A DNA stretch of 64,000 nt from the human T2T-CHM13v2.0 reference genome, Homo sapiens. The notes beneath the pieces are model-generated. The model saw nothing but the letters and a program-made list of their open reading frames with translations. It was not told the origin of the DNA and ran no database searches. Positions 60,341-64,000 of this stretch are shown here, one piece after another. The stretch lies in NCBI RefSeq assembly GCF_009914755.1, contig NC_060928.1; one strand, 5' to 3'. Each line of letters begins with the position of its first letter. Position 1 is the stretch's first letter. The position numbers and the translations under genes are program-made.

Positions 60341-60725
60341 TTTTCTCTTTCTTTCCCTCCCTCCCTCCCTTCTCTCTCTTTCTCTCTCTTCTTTCTTTCT
60401 TACTTTCTTTTTCTTTCTTTCTTTTCTTTCTTTCTTTCCATCTTACAAGAGCCTCACTCTGTTGCCCAGGCTGGAGTGCAGTAGTACAATCTTGGCTCGC
60501 TGCAACCTCCACCTCCTGGGTTCAAGCAATTCTTCTGCCTCAGCCTGTCAGTAGCTGGGATTACAGGCATGCACCACCACGCCTGGCTAATTTTTGTAGT
60601 TTTAGGTAGAGACAGGGTTTCGCCGTGTTGGCCAGACTGGTCTTGAACTCCTGACATCAAGTGATCCGCCCATCTCAGCCTCCCGAAGTGCTGGGATTAC
60701 AGGCATGAGCTACTGTGCTTGGCCT
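60341..60725 (-). mobile_element. Alu (S lineage) with CT-rich simple-repeat tail (60341-60440)
   Basis: Reverse Alu. Confidence 0.93.
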
Positions 60726-60740
60726 CCCTCCTATATTTTC

Positions 60741-61106
60741 TTTTTTTTTTAAATTATACTTTAAGTTCTAGGGTACATGTGAACAACGTGCAGGTTTGTT
60801 ACATATGCTTACATGTGCCATGTTGGTGTGCTGCACCCATTAACTCATAATTTAGCATTAGGTATATCTCCTAATGCGATCCCTCCTCCCTCCCCACAAC
60901 CCACAACAGGCCCCAGTGTGTGATGTTCCCCACCCTGTGTCCGAGTGTTCTCATTGTTCAATTCCCACCTATGAGTGAGAACATGCGGTGTTTGGTTTTC
61001 TGTCCTTGCGATAGTTTGCTGAGAATGATGGTTTCCAGCTTCATCCATGTCCCTACAAAGGACATGAACTCATTCTTTTTTATGGCTGCATAGTATTCCT
61101 GGAATA
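60741..61106 (-). mobile_element. 5'-truncated L1PA (PA4-PA6-like) 3' end
   Basis: ttatactttaagttctagggtacatgtg...; TSD ctatattttc 60731-60740 and 61107-61116. Confidence 0.95.
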
Positions 61107-61189
61107 CTATATTTTCAATTCTTCTCTTTAGTGGTTCTTTCCCTTTGCCAATTACAATTAAAAGCCTATGGAATTAAAAAACAAAAACA

Positions 61190-61312
61190 TTGAGGTAATG
61201 AATATGCTAGTTACTCTGATTTGATTGTTACACACTTACATATTTCAAAATATCATGTTGTACCCCATAAATATGTACAATTATTATGTCAATTAAAAAT
61301 CATAAAAGCAAA
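61190..61312 (+). mobile_element. L1MA 3' terminal fragment
   Basis: tgaggtaatgaatatgctag..gtaccccataaatatgtacaattattatgtcaattaaaaa. Confidence 0.8.
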
Positions 61313-61329
61313 AACCCAAAACAAAAAAT

Positions 61330-61620
61330 AACCTTCATCCATTTTTATTTTTTCCTCCAGCTACCACTCTATCTTGCTTTCTCTAAACAGCTAAACTTCC
61401 AGAAAGAGTAATGTACACTTTTCCTCACATTATCTCCAATCACTCTTTTCTCAACCCATTGTAATCTAGATTTTAATAAAACTACACTTGCAAAAGTTAT
61501 AAATAACCTTTTTATTGCTGCATGTAATGGATAGTTCTCCATCCTTACCAGCATTTGATATAATTGACCATTTCTTCCTTCTTAGAAGATTCTTTTCCTT
61601 TGGCTTCTATGACACTACAT
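61330..61620 (+). mobile_element. L2 fragment
   Basis: ctcaacccattgtaatctag..cagcatttgatataattgaccatttcttccttcttagaa..ctttggcttctatgacac. Confidence 0.65.
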
Positions 61621-62350
61621 TTTGAATAATAAATATGTGTTAAACTAGATAGTCTGGTGAACTAATAAAACACAAGTTCTGCTCTAATGGAACATAAATA
61701 GAAATATGCTGAATAATAATTTATTGAATAATGATTGCTTGAATAATCGCTGAATAATTATCAATTATGGAAGTTCAAGAGTTCATTTGAAAATAAATCT
61801 TTTATTGACACTGAAATGAAGTAGAAGTTCACTACATTGATTTCATTTATATACATTAATGAGTATAAATTATCCCTTTATTATTAATTTTTTTAAGTGA
61901 TGTCTAATAAGTGGAAATTTCTTATGGTACATTTCATTAGATCTTAACTCAATGGAGGTATCATGAAGACTGTTGATTTAATTTAATCCAGGTGGATCGA
62001 TTTCTGGTGATCTCACCATTCCAGATTAGAACACATTAGTCTGAGTTGGCTAATAAATCCTACAGCCCATCTCTAGCAAATGTGTATCGACTTCCCGCAA
62101 GTCTTTGGATCTTGCCCAATTTATGTTTGAATTCTTTGATTGTTGCATTACCCAAATTACCAAAAGACTCAATAACCTCTAAATGCCAGCACAAATGCAA
62201 AGTGACAGTTTACTTGAATGTTTTAGAATCCTATATGTTCCCACAGAAGGAGCTCATAGTCTTTTATCAACAGAAACTCAATTTATTGATTAATTGCTGA
62301 GAAATTAGGGGGCAACAGAAAATAGACTTATCAATCTACCATGTGCTATT

Positions 62351-63464
62351 GCAGGCACGTGGCGTGGGACTGGCGGGTAGCTCCACCTGCAGCCCCGGCA
62401 TGGGATCCACTAGGTGAAGCCAGCTGGGCTCCAGAGTTGGGTGGGGACTTGGAGAACTTTTATGTCTAGCTGGAGGATTGTGTATGCACCAATCAGCACT
62501 CTGTGTCTAGCTCGGGGTTTGTAGATGCACCAATCAGCACTCTGTATCTAGCTACTCTGGTGGGGACTTGGAGAACTTTTATGTCTCACTAGAGGATTGT
62601 AAATGCACCAATCAGCACTCTTTGTCTACCTAAAGGTTTGTAAATGCACCAATCAGTGCTCTGTGTCTGGCTAATCTAGTGGGGACTTGGAGAACTTTTA
62701 TGTCTAGGGAAAGGTTTGTAAATGCACCAATCAGCACCCTATGTCTAGCTCAAGGTTTGTAAATGCACCAATCAGTGCTCTGTGTCTACCTAATCTAGTG
62801 GGGACTTGGAGAACTTTTGTGTCTAGCTAAAGGATTGTAAATGCACCAATCAGCACTCTGTGTCTAGCTCATGGATTGTAAATGCACCAATCAGCACCCT
62901 GTCAAAATTGACCAATCAGCTCTCTGTACAATGGACCAATCAACTCTCTGTACAATGGACCAATCAGCAGGATGTGTGTGGGGCCAGATAAGGGAATAAA
63001 AGCAGGCCTCTTGAGCCAGCAGCGGCAACCCACTCAGGTCCCCTTCCACACTGTGGAAGCTTTGTTCTTTTGCTCTTTGCAATAAATCTTGCTGCTGCTC
63101 ACTCTTTGGGTCTGCACCACCTTTATGAGCTGTAACACTCACTGTGAAGGTCTGCAACTTCACTCCTGAGGCCAGTGAGACCATGAACCCACCTGGAGGG
63201 ATTAACAACTCCAGACGGGAGGAATGAACAACTCCAGATGCACCGCCTTAAGAGCTGTAACACTCACTGCGAAGGTCTGCAGCTTCACTCCTGAAGCCAG
63301 CAAGACCACGAACCCACCAGAAGGAATAAACTCCGAGCATGTCCGAACATCAGAAGGAACAAAGTCTGGACACACCATCTTTAAGAACTGTAACGCTCAC
63401 CGTGAGGGTCCGCAGCTTCATTCTTGAAGTCAGTGAGACCAAGAACCCACCAATTTAGGACACA
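62351..63464 (+). mobile_element. ERV9 LTR12-family (LTR12D-like) solo LTR, 5'-truncated
   Basis: Tandem tgcaccaatcagc repeats; gataagggaataaaagcaggc promoter; U5 repeats gctgtaacactcac..; terminus ccaccaatttaggacaca. Confidence 0.95.
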
Positions 63465-63568
63465 CTATGTGTTAGGCCTGGCTCAGTAAGTATAAAGAAT
63501 ATGATAAAACTGGATTCTGGAATCTTACAATCTAGTCAGGAAGCAAAGAAAAAGACTTTGCTTTAAAG

Positions 63569-63867
63569 TTGGTGCAGTGGCTCATGCCTATAACCCCAGC
63601 ACTTCGGGAGGCCAAAGTGGGCAGATCACTTGAGGCCAGGAATTGGAGACCAGGCTGGTAAAGTAGTGAAACTCTGTCTCTTCTACAAATAAAAAAATTA
63701 GCTGGGCGTGGTGGTGCACACCTGTGGTCCCAGCTACTCAGGAGGCTGAGGCACAAGAATTGCTTGAATCTGGGAGGCGAAGGTTGCAGTGAGCCGAGAT
63801 GGCACCACCGTACTACGGTCTAGACAATAGAGCAAGGCCCTGTCCTAAAAAAAAAAACAACAAAAAA
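63569..63867 (+). mobile_element. Alu
   Basis: TSD actttgctttaa. Confidence 0.95.
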
Positions 63868-64000
63868 CTTTGCTTTAACATAAAGCTCACCACCTAGAAT
63901 GTCTTCTAATTTTTTTATTTTTGTTTCTTCTAGAATGTCTTTTAATTTTCTTATTTTTGTTTTTTCTCCTATAAAAATGCATTCAACAAATTCATTTAAG

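Noticed and set aside
62440-62965. Regularly spaced repeat array superficially like a CRISPR or VNTR
   Set aside because: It is the normal U3 tandem repeat of LTR12

Overview
Primate (human-like) genomic DNA, very rich in Alu/L1/L2/LTR repeats, with no intact protein-coding exon. A CpG island at ~13.8-15.1 kb holds the promoter and non-coding first exon (donor at 14647) of a minus-strand gene whose first intron runs off the left edge. RC3H1/Roquin-1 is my tentative guess from memory and cannot be proved from this sequence. The right ~49 kb looks intergenic and contains a full-length dead L1PA8-10-like element (51558-58157) and a 5'-truncated ERV9 LTR12 (62351-63464). The best hidden items are: (1) a decayed, intronless, full-CDS retrocopy of the KRAB-only gene KRBOX1 inside an old L1 (784-1520); (2) a ~600-bp inversion between two Alus, revealed by an inverted TSD (45538-46146); (3) a 77-nt near-perfect palindrome/pre-miRNA-like hairpin (47649-47725); (4) several short local duplications, one of which preserves the empty pre-insertion site of a THE1 LTR. 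The ORFs in the supplied track are repeat- or GC-derived artefacts, apart from L1 ORF1/ORF2 and L2 fragments. Repeat subfamily names come from recalled consensus sequences and boundaries are approximate.
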